A stretch of 62,380 nucleotides of DNA from Nanobdellota archaeon (GTDB taxonomy: Archaea > Nanobdellota > Nanobdellia > Woesearchaeales > JAHWHD01): assembly GCA_034722435.1 (NCBI GenBank), contig JAYENX010000050.1, positions 1 through 62,380 of the forward strand, in the 5' to 3' direction. Numbering within the stretch: the stretch's first letter is position 1; each line of letters begins with the position of its first letter. A model generated the notes under the pieces. It had not been told where the DNA came from. It ran no database searches and was given only the letters and a program-made list of their open reading frames with translations. Positions 46,953 to 56,010 of this stretch are shown here, piece by piece. A program made the translations under genes and the position numbers.

Positions 46953-48176
46953 TCACCTCGTATAAGCAATATCATCAAGCTTTCCTGCTTTTGTAGCGAT
47001 TATTACTTGATTCTTGTTAAGTAAAACATTTCCAGTGATTACTCCTTCAGTCTGATACTCCCAAATTTTCTTACCCACTAATTCACCAGGGTCACTTGTT
47101 AACAAATTAGTATAATGTCCAGACTGCATAACTATCCCTGAAAGTCCAGGCATATAATCTAATACATACGACCCTTCTCCATCAAGTACGTACATAGTAT
47201 TATCATAACTACTCGCCACCACCTCGAGCTTACCATCTCCATCAATATCAACAACTAAAGGTGTAGCAACCACCCAAAAATCCGTTTCATAACTCCATAA
47301 TAATTGACCATGATTATCAATTGCATAAACAGAATTATCACAACTTCCAAATACAATTTCAAGTTCGCCATCTTTATTAATATCAGCCACTGCCACAGCA
47401 GAAAATATTCGACCATCTGTTTCAAAAACCCAGCTAAGTTCCCCATCTAAAGTCAAACAATAAAGATTATGATCTGTCGAACCCACAACAATATAAAAAA
47501 TGTTATGAAACAATTCAGCCATTACAGGTTCAGCCACAATACTGGCCCCTGTTTTAAAGTTCCATAATAATTGTCCTTTAAAATCTAAACAAAATAAAAC
47601 TCCGTTATTAGCCCCAAACAAAATTTTATTCTGAGAACATCCAGGAGTACTCTCAATTCTTGATTCTGCATTATATTTCCATAACAATTTACCATTTATA
47701 TCTAAAGCATAAAAATATCCGTCCACGCTACCAAAAAATAACATATTATTACAAAAAACAATCTTCCCTCTGACTGCACCTTTAGCTTTATACTTCCATA
47801 GCAAAGCACCATCTTGGCTAAGTACCAACACATCACCCATATCAGTTCCAATAATTATTTCATCAACACCATCGTTATTAATATCGTATAATGAAGGAGA
47901 TGAATAAATAGCATTCAATTCTTGTTTCTCCAAAAACATTGCTTCAACCTTTCCAATCTTGGAAGACACTTTATACTCCCACAAAACTTGACCTTCAGAG
48001 TCCAGTCTTAAAATTCTGCCATCCATTGTAGCAACTATAACATGATTTCCAGAAACTGCGGGGCTTGCCAGAATACTCGAATTAGTGTTAAAACTCCATT
48101 TCTCAAAAACTCTACCTCTTTTTTTTCCAAACAATATAATTAACCCCTTTACTGACCATTTTAAGCATATTTCCAT
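46953..48176 (-). CDS. PQQ-like / FG-GAP beta-propeller repeat protein
   Basis: About 7-8 repeats with G.LLW.Y.. motifs (LWEYKV, LWKYKA, LWKYNA, LWNFKT, SWVFET, LWSYET, IWEYQT). Ca-binding-like DINNDGVDEIIIG, DINKDGELEIVFG and DIDGDGKLEVVAS. No obvious signal peptide. Confidence 0.7.
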   Translation of the reverse strand: MEICLKWSVKGLIILFGKKRGRVFEKWSFNTNSSILASPAVSGNHVIVATMDGRILRLDSEGQVLWEYKVSSKIGKVEAMFLEKQELNAIYSSPSLYDINNDGVDEIIIGTDMGDVLVLSQDGALLWKYKAKGAVRGKIVFCNNMLFFGSVDGYFYALDINGKLLWKYNAESRIESTPGCSQNKILFGANNGVLFCLDFKGQLLWNFKTGASIVAEPVMAELFHNIFYIVVGSTDHNLYCLTLDGELSWVFETDGRIFSAVAVADINKDGELEIVFGSCDNSVYAIDNHGQLLWSYETDFWVVATPLVVDIDGDGKLEVVASSYDNTMYVLDGEGSYVLDYMPGLSGIVMQSGHYTNLLTSDPGELVGKKIWEYQTEGVITGNVLLNKNQVIIATKAGKLDDIAYTR

Positions 48177-48301
48177 ATATAAACGTTTCTATATTACACC
48201 TTCGATAACATAACCACATAACACAAAAACAATATCAAATTATACAAACAATAAACTAAAGATATTCAAAAAAATAAACAAACATCATACAACAATACAC
48301 T

Positions 48302-48392
<91 letters not shown>

Positions 48393-48565
48393 ATTAGTAA
48401 ATTAGTAAATTAATAAAAATAAACAATCTAAAAAACAATTAAAAAATAAACAAACAATAAGCCAACAATTAAAAAACATAAATATTATTCAAAACATCTC
48501 AAAAAACAAAATTAAATTCAAACCCAATCAAAACTTTTATATATACAAATCCCAAATATTTTCAT

Positions 48566-49990
48566 ATGGAAAAGAGGTTGATAGATTTAGTTAGGAATGG
48601 ATTTGAACAAAGCCAAACAATTGATGAAATAAAACATACCTTAATCCATCACGGCTATCTCGAAAAAGATATAACATCCGCCATTAACGAGGTTTCTAAA
48701 TCAGTTAAACATGAAAAAGTAAAAAAGAAAAGATCATTATCAAAAACATTTCTAACAAAAGAAATTCTTGACAGAATAGGATACGGATTTGGTGCTGAAC
48801 AGTTCATTAACATCCTTTTCTTCCATACAGGCGCTTCATACTTCCTGATAGGAATAATAAACGGAATAAAAGCTTTAGTATCAGTATTCTTTTCAAGTTT
48901 TCTCACCAAATATACCGAAACAAAAAGTATTGACAAAAAAATAATTGCAAGGTCAGGGATTATGTTCGGTTTCTCATTCCTGCTTATAGCAATTGCAAGA
49001 TTCATCCACAGCGTACCCCTTTTCATTGTAGCTGTTTTACTCGGAGCCGTGAGTGTTGTAAGCCACGGTAATCTGTACCAAAAACTGATTTCTGATGTAC
49101 TTAGAAAAGAAAAAAGGAGTGAAACCTTAAGAAAAATAGGTTACTACGGAGTTTTCATCCTTGGCATTTCAATGCTAATATCAGGATTCTTAATGGACAT
49201 CTTCCCGGCAGCAGGAACTCCAATTACATTCCTAGGCAAACAGTTCAGAGTCTACGGATACCTTTTAGCTTTTGAGATAACAGCATTTGCATTCATCATC
49301 TCAGGTTTCACCTTATCATTTGTCAAAGAAAAACCTAAACAAAAAGTATCAATATCTGAAGAATTCCATAACTTTTATTTTACATTAAAACATAACACAA
49401 TTAAATACTTAAAAAATAAAACAATCCTTATTCTTTTAATCACAGCAACCATTACAGGTTTCACACAAACAATAGGATATTCATACTATGGCCTTTACAT
49501 TTACCAAATATTCAATAGTATCTATTTGAAAGGTTTTCTCAATGTTGCTACAATTTTCTTAGTAGCCGCACTTTTTTCACTTGTATCACCAATGGTTGCA
49601 CGAAAAGTCTCAAAAAAATATGGCCAAGTACCAATGCTCGTATTCGGTACAACCCTTTTATCCATAATGCCATTCACTTTTTATTTCAATCCAACAATAT
49701 ACACTATCGCAGCAGGTACAGTCCTTAGCATAATAGGTGCTTCACTAGTTGGACTTGCAACAGGTCTTGTCCTTGGAGATATTATAAGAAAAACTGAAAG
49801 AAAAATTTACTATTCAACATTTTCACTTATAATCACAATACCTTACTTAATAAGTATCCCTATAGGTTCATGGATTGCTGAAACTCTAGGTCCAAGGATG
49901 CTTTTCCTTTACCTAGGAATTCTTTTGCTTGTTATTGTAGCACCACTATATTTCATACTTTTATTTATCAAGCGCGAGGCTATAATTTAA
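48566..49990 (+). CDS. MFS-like multi-pass transporter with ~60-aa cytosolic N-terminal domain
   Basis: About 12 hydrophobic segments in a 6+6 layout with a central loop. No specific substrate signature. Confidence 0.5.
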   Translation: MEKRLIDLVRNGFEQSQTIDEIKHTLIHHGYLEKDITSAINEVSKSVKHEKVKKKRSLSKTFLTKEILDRIGYGFGAEQFINILFFHTGASYFLIGIINGIKALVSVFFSSFLTKYTETKSIDKKIIARSGIMFGFSFLLIAIARFIHSVPLFIVAVLLGAVSVVSHGNLYQKLISDVLRKEKRSETLRKIGYYGVFILGISMLISGFLMDIFPAAGTPITFLGKQFRVYGYLLAFEITAFAFIISGFTLSFVKEKPKQKVSISEEFHNFYFTLKHNTIKYLKNKTILILLITATITGFTQTIGYSYYGLYIYQIFNSIYLKGFLNVATIFLVAALFSLVSPMVARKVSKKYGQVPMLVFGTTLLSIMPFTFYFNPTIYTIAAGTVLSIIGASLVGLATGLVLGDIIRKTERKIYYSTFSLIITIPYLISIPIGSWIAETLGPRMLFLYLGILLLVIVAPLYFILLFIKREAII

Positions 49991-49991
49991 A

Positions 49992-50939
49992 ATGCTAATA
50001 CCTTTAATTATTTTAATAACAAGTATAATAGGTCTTTTATTAAGTTCAGAAATAATAATAAAATCACTCAGGAAAATTGCCAGACATTTTAACATTTCAG
50101 AACTTCTTATAGGTATAACAGTTGTAGCTATTGGCACCTCGCTACCTGAAGTAGCAACAAACATCTCGGCAGGATTTAAAAAAGCCTCCGGAGTCGCTAT
50201 TGGTAACATTGTAGGTTCAAACATAACAAACATCTGCCTTCTTCTAGGCATGGCAGGACTTTTCTCAATGCTTTTCATGAACGAAAAAACAAAAAAACGT
50301 GAAGGAAGAATGATCGTTATTGCCGTAGTACTTATGTTATTTGCATTTCTCGATTTCAAAATATCGCAACTCGAAGGTGCAATATTAATTTTAGTCTATA
50401 TAATCTACCTTATCTATGTATATATTCAAGAAAAAAGATTAAAAAAAATAAAAGTCAAAGGAAGACATCCTGCAATCAGACTCTGGTTCTGGATTCCTTC
50501 TGCAATCATAGGATTTATCGCTTTAATCTTTTCATCAAATTACACTGTTAACAGCGCAATCTCTCTAGCACAATTATGGGGAATACCGCAAACTATAATT
50601 GGAATCTTCATTATAGGTATAGGAACCTCGCTACCAGAACTAACAGTCATTCTTCAAGGCATAAGAAAACGTGCAAAAGGTCTCTCTATCGGTACGTTGA
50701 TAGGTTCCAACATTTCAAACCCGCTTCTCGCACTCGGTTCAGGTGCAATAATAACTGGATATTCAATAAGCAAAAATATTGTAAAATTCGATATGATCTT
50801 TCTTCTAATAGTAACAATCATTGCCCTATTCTTTCTTGAACGCCACGATTCTTTCGATAAAAAACGTGCAGCTTTCTTAATAGCTCTATTCGCGTTCTAT
50901 GTATACATGAGACTGTTCGTGATTAATGGAGTGTTTTAG
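49992..50939 (+). CDS. Na+/Ca2+ exchanger family (CaCA, YrbG-like) transporter
   Basis: Two alpha-repeat signatures: GTSLPEVATN..GNIVGSNITN and GTSLPELTV..GTLIGSNISN. Confidence 0.85.
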   Translation: MLIPLIILITSIIGLLLSSEIIIKSLRKIARHFNISELLIGITVVAIGTSLPEVATNISAGFKKASGVAIGNIVGSNITNICLLLGMAGLFSMLFMNEKTKKREGRMIVIAVVLMLFAFLDFKISQLEGAILILVYIIYLIYVYIQEKRLKKIKVKGRHPAIRLWFWIPSAIIGFIALIFSSNYTVNSAISLAQLWGIPQTIIGIFIIGIGTSLPELTVILQGIRKRAKGLSIGTLIGSNISNPLLALGSGAIITGYSISKNIVKFDMIFLLIVTIIALFFLERHDSFDKKRAAFLIALFAFYVYMRLFVINGVF

Positions 50940-50971
50940 ATAAACATACAAAACGAAATCAAAACCATTAA

Positions 50972-51385
50972 CTAAATTCTAATACTACAAACATCCTCAA
51001 CACACATCCAAGCACACATATTCCCATAACCAGTTTTATCAATATTAAACTCTGAAACAGCTTCAACATTCTTTAAGAAAACTAAAATACAATACTTCTT
51101 ATCCTTAACAGTTTCATAATAATCCAAATCAACCCCTAACTGTTTATGGTATTTTCCAATTATCTCTTTAACCTTAACATAATCCAAATCAGAAAAAAAC
51201 ATAACATCACTAACCACAGCTTTAGCCCTAACCAACCCTTCCTTAAAATAAATAACATCCCCTTTAGAAACTTTCATCCAAGGATCTCTTTTATACTTAT
51301 ACCAACGCGATTCAACAGTCTTCAAACCATTAAAAATCTTATCAACTAACTTCCACTCTTTCTTCATTATAGCTACGTGCTGCAT
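50972..51385 (-). CDS. ASCH (PUA-like) domain protein
   Basis: MKKEWKLVDKIFNGLKTVESRW is a typical ASCH N-terminus. Its start overlaps the dtdA stop by 1 nt (TGATG). Confidence 0.6.
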   Translation of the reverse strand: MQHVAIMKKEWKLVDKIFNGLKTVESRWYKYKRDPWMKVSKGDVIYFKEGLVRAKAVVSDVMFFSDLDYVKVKEIIGKYHKQLGVDLDYYETVKDKKYCILVFLKNVEAVSEFNIDKTGYGNMCAWMCVEDVCSIRI

Positions 51386-52251
51386 CAGAATTCACTAGTC
51401 CTTCTTACTTCCAACCCACTCTCTTCACACACTTCCTTAACCCTATCTTTATTCCCTGAACCTAACCCTTTCCAATCTAGTACAATAAGCGTAGCCTTAG
51501 GAACAGTCTTTTCTATTGCTTGCTTCAACATATCACTATCAAAACTATTAATCATATACTTGGGACACGCATGACCAATTGCAACATCAGAATCAAATAT
51601 GACTTTTTTAAAATTAGGAGTCGTATGTAAACCACCCACTCCAACTGCAGTTTTATACGAAGTCTTATCCTTCAACGATTCAATTATAGTCTTTGCAATT
51701 ACAGAAGCAGCATCTAAATCCTTCCACTGCTCTTCCTTAGAACCAATCTCAATAAATATACAAGGCGCATCCAGATCAGGCCCATGATGAGTAACCTCTT
51801 GCACAACATCATACTCTAAACTTTCAGGCTTAAACTTTTTTAAATTCATCATACACTTCTTCAACAACTCAGCAGGACACATTACTAAAGTCTTCTTCTT
51901 CCCACCATACGTATTATCAGAACTCCAGTTACCCTGCGTATGCGCAGATAACGAGGGAATCTCGGATACAGAAGCATGCGTTGTTGCAAATATAAACAAA
52001 GAAGCATCTATTTTCTTATCAAGCTCTTCATGAAATATACATTCTCCTTTAACAGTATATATTTTAACATCTTCACCAATCTCATCAACAATAGAAGAAT
52101 CATCTAAAACATAAACAGCTTCATCATCATACATCTCATCGCTAACCTTAAAATCATACCCTTCTAACAACTTCTTCTTAATACCTTTACCAGCATAATC
52201 AGGTTTATCATCCATCTTACTCTTCATTGTAGATATTATAATTGCAATCAT
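51385..52251 (-). CDS. dtdA: D-aminoacyl-tRNA deacylase, archaeal type (DtdA)
   Basis: ATTHASVSEIPSLSAHTQGNW and QEVTHHGP match the archaeal tRNA_deacylase family. The ATG at 52251 overlaps the NUDIX stop (ATGA). The upstream alternative start at 52284 is rejected. Confidence 0.75.
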   Translation of the reverse strand: MIAIIISTMKSKMDDKPDYAGKGIKKKLLEGYDFKVSDEMYDDEAVYVLDDSSIVDEIGEDVKIYTVKGECIFHEELDKKIDASLFIFATTHASVSEIPSLSAHTQGNWSSDNTYGGKKKTLVMCPAELLKKCMMNLKKFKPESLEYDVVQEVTHHGPDLDAPCIFIEIGSKEEQWKDLDAASVIAKTIIESLKDKTSYKTAVGVGGLHTTPNFKKVIFDSDVAIGHACPKYMINSFDSDMLKQAIEKTVPKATLIVLDWKGLGSGNKDRVKEVCEESGLEVRRTSEF

Positions 52252-52655
52252 TCTTTCCAAACCCCAATATCTCTTAAAACCCATTCTACACTTGGAACAA
52301 GCTTAAGATTCTTAATCTCTTCAATAGAAAAAAACCTTGCATCAGAAACATCATCGCTAGCTTTAATATTAAGATGTTTCGGCTTGCCAAGATAAAAAAA
52401 TATTACAGTATGATAATCATGCATAGGAAATACAACTTCTTTATGTCCAATAAGCTTAACAATCTCAACATCTAGATTTGTTTCCTCTTTAATCTCTCGG
52501 ACAGCAGCATCTTTAAGCGTTTCGCCGAAATCAACCCCTCCCCCGGGTATTACCCAACATCCTCTAGCATTTTCTTTATTCCTTTGAGCCAAAAGAAATT
52601 TACCATCATTCTCAACTAATACAGCACTTGTTAATCTTGGTGATCTTTTTTCCAT
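52248..52655 (-). CDS. NUDIX hydrolase
   Basis: Nudix box GGGVDFGETLKDAAVREIKEETNL. Confidence 0.85.
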   Translation of the reverse strand: MEKRSPRLTSAVLVENDGKFLLAQRNKENARGCWVIPGGGVDFGETLKDAAVREIKEETNLDVEIVKLIGHKEVVFPMHDYHTVIFFYLGKPKHLNIKASDDVSDARFFSIEEIKNLKLVPSVEWVLRDIGVWKE

Positions 52656-52741
52656 AAAATAAAAGAATCAATAACTCATATATTAAAATTTTCATAACTT
52701 ATAAATACTGCCAACCCTTAAAAAACAAAAAAAGAGGAAAC

Positions 52742-54055
52742 ATGAACAACAAACACAAATCATTCATATTAAAACTAACACCACTCCTATTATTTATCTT
52801 ACTTTATTTCATTATACCGACACCAGTAGGACTAACTACAAATGGTTGGAAAGCACTCATTATATTTCTTATAGCTGTCTACCTCTGGGCAACTGAGACT
52901 ATTAACATTTCAATAACAGCAATATTAGCAATATTCCTACTACTATTCACAGGTGCTGTCAAACCATTACAAGCATTCTCAGGTTTCAGTTCATCAGCTT
53001 TGTTCCTTGTAATCATCGGCTTCCTTATGGCCTTCGGCTTAACAGCTTCAGGTTTAGATAAGAGAATCTCCAACTATTTCCTTAAACACTGCAAAAAAGA
53101 GAGCACTATAATGCTAGGAATTATTCTAATCACTGCATTCTTATCAATGATCATGACCAACACTACTACTACTTTACTAATGCTACCTATAGTAGCCAGG
53201 ATAGCCTCAAAATCAAAAATAAAAAAAGTTTCTTTATTCATAATAACAGCATTCTCCGCCAATATAGGAGGTATTGGTTTTCTTATCGGAACTCCACCAA
53301 ATATCATAGCTGCCGAAGCACTTAACCTAAACTTTAATCAATGGTTCATAATAGGATTTCCATTCATGATCGTAATGCTAGCGCTGTTATACTTATCATT
53401 CAGAATACAATTCAAACCAAGAAAAAAATATCTTAAAATAAAAACTGAAAAATTAAAAGAATTCTCAAAAAAAGAAAAAACAGCCTCAATCATTATCCTT
53501 CTCACTCTAATCTTATGGTTCACCACTTCATTACATAATATCTCAACAATTACAATTGGACTCCTAGGAGGACTCTTGCTACTATTAACAACCTATACAT
53601 GGAAATATTTCACAAAAAATACTGACTGGGGAGTCATCTTCTTAGTAGGTGGAGCAATCTCGCTCGGTCACGCTTTAGAATCAACAGGAGCAGCATTATG
53701 GGTAGCACAAAACGTTCTAAGCGTAACAGGACTCCAAAGTCCATTATGGATATCCTTCGGATTTGTAGTTATCTCTTTACTGATAACACAGTTCATACAA
53801 AATACAGCCACAGCAGCAATCATGGCACCAGTATTAGTAGGAATCGCAGCTAGCATGGGCATTGCACCATCAGCATTAGTAATACCGATGGCAATTGGAG
53901 TTTCAATGGCATTCCTTCTTCCATCAGCAACAGCACCTAACGCTATCGTTTTCGGCAAAGCAAAAATTAAAGTCAAAGAAATGGCACGACTCGGCTTACT
54001 CCCAACACTATTCTCGCTTGTAGCTTTATTTGTTTTATGTTGGATACTAATTTAA
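52742..54055 (+). CDS. SLC13/DASS-family (ArsB/NhaD superfamily) anion:Na+ symporter
   Basis: Duplicated hairpin motifs SANIGGIGFLIGTPPN and PSATAPNAIVF, and about 12-14 TM segments. Confidence 0.7.
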   Translation: MNNKHKSFILKLTPLLLFILLYFIIPTPVGLTTNGWKALIIFLIAVYLWATETINISITAILAIFLLLFTGAVKPLQAFSGFSSSALFLVIIGFLMAFGLTASGLDKRISNYFLKHCKKESTIMLGIILITAFLSMIMTNTTTTLLMLPIVARIASKSKIKKVSLFIITAFSANIGGIGFLIGTPPNIIAAEALNLNFNQWFIIGFPFMIVMLALLYLSFRIQFKPRKKYLKIKTEKLKEFSKKEKTASIIILLTLILWFTTSLHNISTITIGLLGGLLLLLTTYTWKYFTKNTDWGVIFLVGGAISLGHALESTGAALWVAQNVLSVTGLQSPLWISFGFVVISLLITQFIQNTATAAIMAPVLVGIAASMGIAPSALVIPMAIGVSMAFLLPSATAPNAIVFGKAKIKVKEMARLGLLPTLFSLVALFVLCWILI

Positions 54056-54091
54056 GAAAATTATATATACACGAGATTCTAAAACACCCGT

Positions 54092-54532
54092 ATGATCACT
54101 GAACATCCACCAAAAAACTTTAATCCAGATATTGAAACTGCGAGTTGTATTCTAAAACATAATGGAAAAATAATAATTCTACACAGACAAGACCATAAAC
54201 CACAAGGAAACACGTGGGGCTCACCAACAGGGAAAATAGATAAAAATGAAACCCCTCTTAAAACAATATCAAGAGAAGTCAAAGAAGAAACAGGGATAGA
54301 CATACCTGAAAACGAATTCAAGTTCTACAAATCATACTATGTTGAATACCCTGATTTAAGATTCATTTACCATTTATTTTCATGCGAAATAAACCAAGCT
54401 CCGCAAATAATAATAAGAAACAATGAACATAAAAATTTCAAATGGGTAACTCCTGAACAAGCTTTGAACATGCCACTAATTCAAGACTTTGATTCAGTTA
54501 TCAAAGATTTCTTTAATATAAATAAAAAATAA
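54092..54532 (+). CDS. NUDIX hydrolase
   Basis: Nudix box GSPTGKIDKNETPLKTISREVKEETGI. Confidence 0.8.
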   Translation: MITEHPPKNFNPDIETASCILKHNGKIIILHRQDHKPQGNTWGSPTGKIDKNETPLKTISREVKEETGIDIPENEFKFYKSYYVEYPDLRFIYHLFSCEINQAPQIIIRNNEHKNFKWVTPEQALNMPLIQDFDSVIKDFFNINKK

Positions 54533-54570
54533 CAAACAACCAAATTAAGAATAAAAATCTAAACAAATAA

Positions 54571-54981
54571 TTAATCAAAAAACTGATTAATATAACCGCA
54601 CACAGTCCTCAGACCAAACCCTAAAACTCCAAAAACATTCTCAGTTAAAGAATACTTTTGAAAACCAATTAAATAACAACTATTTTCATTAACCAAATCA
54701 GGTTTTAATCCAAAATCATGCCCCACAATATTCAACACTTGTTTAATACCTATGTTAGAAAACGAACAATTTTGAGGAATATCAATAGCTAAAACATATT
54801 TATTATTATGCTCAGCAACAACGTCCTCTTCAAGCTCTCGAACTTGATAACCTGCATTCTCAAGTCTAACTACCGCAGAATTATAAGCCATTTTCGTAAT
54901 ATTATCCAATGTAATATCATCCAACATAAAATCATGTAAAGAAATTATAGTTAAAAGTATTTCGCTTCTAGAAAATATCAA
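54571..54981 (-). CDS. hypothetical protein (136 aa)
   Basis: Overlaps the stop of the upstream ORF by 4 nt, suggesting an operon. No motif recognised. Confidence 0.4.
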   Translation of the reverse strand: MIFSRSEILLTIISLHDFMLDDITLDNITKMAYNSAVVRLENAGYQVRELEEDVVAEHNNKYVLAIDIPQNCSFSNIGIKQVLNIVGHDFGLKPDLVNENSCYLIGFQKYSLTENVFGVLGFGLRTVCGYINQFFD

Positions 54982-55655
54982 TCCTTCTTCCCAGAATTCT
55001 CATACAATCCAACCCTTCCACCAGTAACAATATTTAGCAAAGTTCTGGAAAATGTTAACCGTCTAAAAACACTAAACGTATTAGAATTATCATCCTCGGG
55101 CTCAGCACACAACCTAAGCTCGGGCTTGTACTGAATCTTCCCTAATGATTGATATCTAGGAATTGAATTAAAATAAGACGCATCACCATGCCAATCATTT
55201 GCAAGAATATAACCACCTGGTTGTAAAAACCTTCCAACCGAATGCGCTAAACCTGTTGAATTAAGAAGTATTACAAGATCGTGTTTTCCATCATACAACT
55301 CAACATCCTGAGTCAAAGCAACTAACCCATTTTTTCTCATAAGCGACATAGCTTTATCATCAATATCAGAAAAAATAACATTATCAAAAACGTTTGCAGG
55401 ACTTCCATCAATATTACAACACGGATAAAAAACAGATTTAGGACTATAAATATTCGCATTAAACCATTGATACTGATCAATAAGATTCTTTGAAAATCTA
55501 GGTCCTGTTAAAACTAATTTTGATTTTAAATCTTTTTTAGATTTTGGTTCAAATTCGAATTCAAATTCAGATTCAAATTCAGATTCAAACTCAGGTTCTT
55601 TACTTAACCTAATCATTCCCGAAAGACCCATTCCTTCATTCCATTCTTTAATCAT
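54978..55655 (-). CDS. hypothetical protein, possibly Rossmann/methyltransferase-like, with an (EF/ES) dipeptide repeat near the N-terminus
   Basis: EPEFESEFESEFEFEFEP is encoded by a 12-bp tandem repeat at ~55547-55597. VFYPCCNIDGSP, FSDIDD, DLVILLNS and LQPGGYIL loosely resemble class I MTase motifs. Confidence 0.35.
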   Translation of the reverse strand: MIKEWNEGMGLSGMIRLSKEPEFESEFESEFEFEFEPKSKKDLKSKLVLTGPRFSKNLIDQYQWFNANIYSPKSVFYPCCNIDGSPANVFDNVIFSDIDDKAMSLMRKNGLVALTQDVELYDGKHDLVILLNSTGLAHSVGRFLQPGGYILANDWHGDASYFNSIPRYQSLGKIQYKPELRLCAEPEDDNSNTFSVFRRLTFSRTLLNIVTGGRVGLYENSGKKD

Positions 55656-55691
55656 TTCAAAATTAGAAAATTAAAGTCATTTAAATAACTT

Positions 55692-55813
55692 ATACTTCAA
55701 ACACAAAAGTAAGTATATTTTTAAGTAATAAATGGAATACTTATAAAAGCAAATTAATTAATAGAAAAGTATATAAATAAGATAATACTTAATAAAGTAA
55801 AAAAATAAGTATT
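55692..55813. promoter_or_regulatory. Cluster of ~7 ATACTTA/TAAGTAT heptamers in the divergent intergenic region upstream of the AbrB-like gene
   Basis: Sites at 55692 (atactt), 55710 (taagtat), 55722 (taagtaa), 55737 (atactta), ~55767 (aagtata), 55785 (atactta) and 55807 (taagtat). Confidence 0.4.
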
Positions 55814-55824
55814 AAATTAATAAA

Positions 55825-56010
55825 ATGACAGAAATTCGACGTAAACTCTACAAAAGGGGTTCAAGCTTTGAAACAACCATACCTATGCCCATTCTATTCG
55901 CAATTGACAAAAAAAAGAAGCACGAAGTAGTGTTCAAGTTTGATAAAAAAGGCAATCGTTGGTACGTAGAATTTGAAGAACTAAAAACGTTAAAAGGAGG
56001 GAGAAAATGA
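55825..56010 (+). CDS. AbrB/SpoVT/MazE-fold small DNA-binding protein
   Basis: RKLYKRGSSFETTIPMPI is typical of a swapped-hairpin AbrB-type N-terminus. 61 aa. Its stop overlaps the next ATG (ATGA). Confidence 0.6.
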   Translation: MTEIRRKLYKRGSSFETTIPMPILFAIDKKKKHEVVFKFDKKGNRWYVEFEELKTLKGGRK

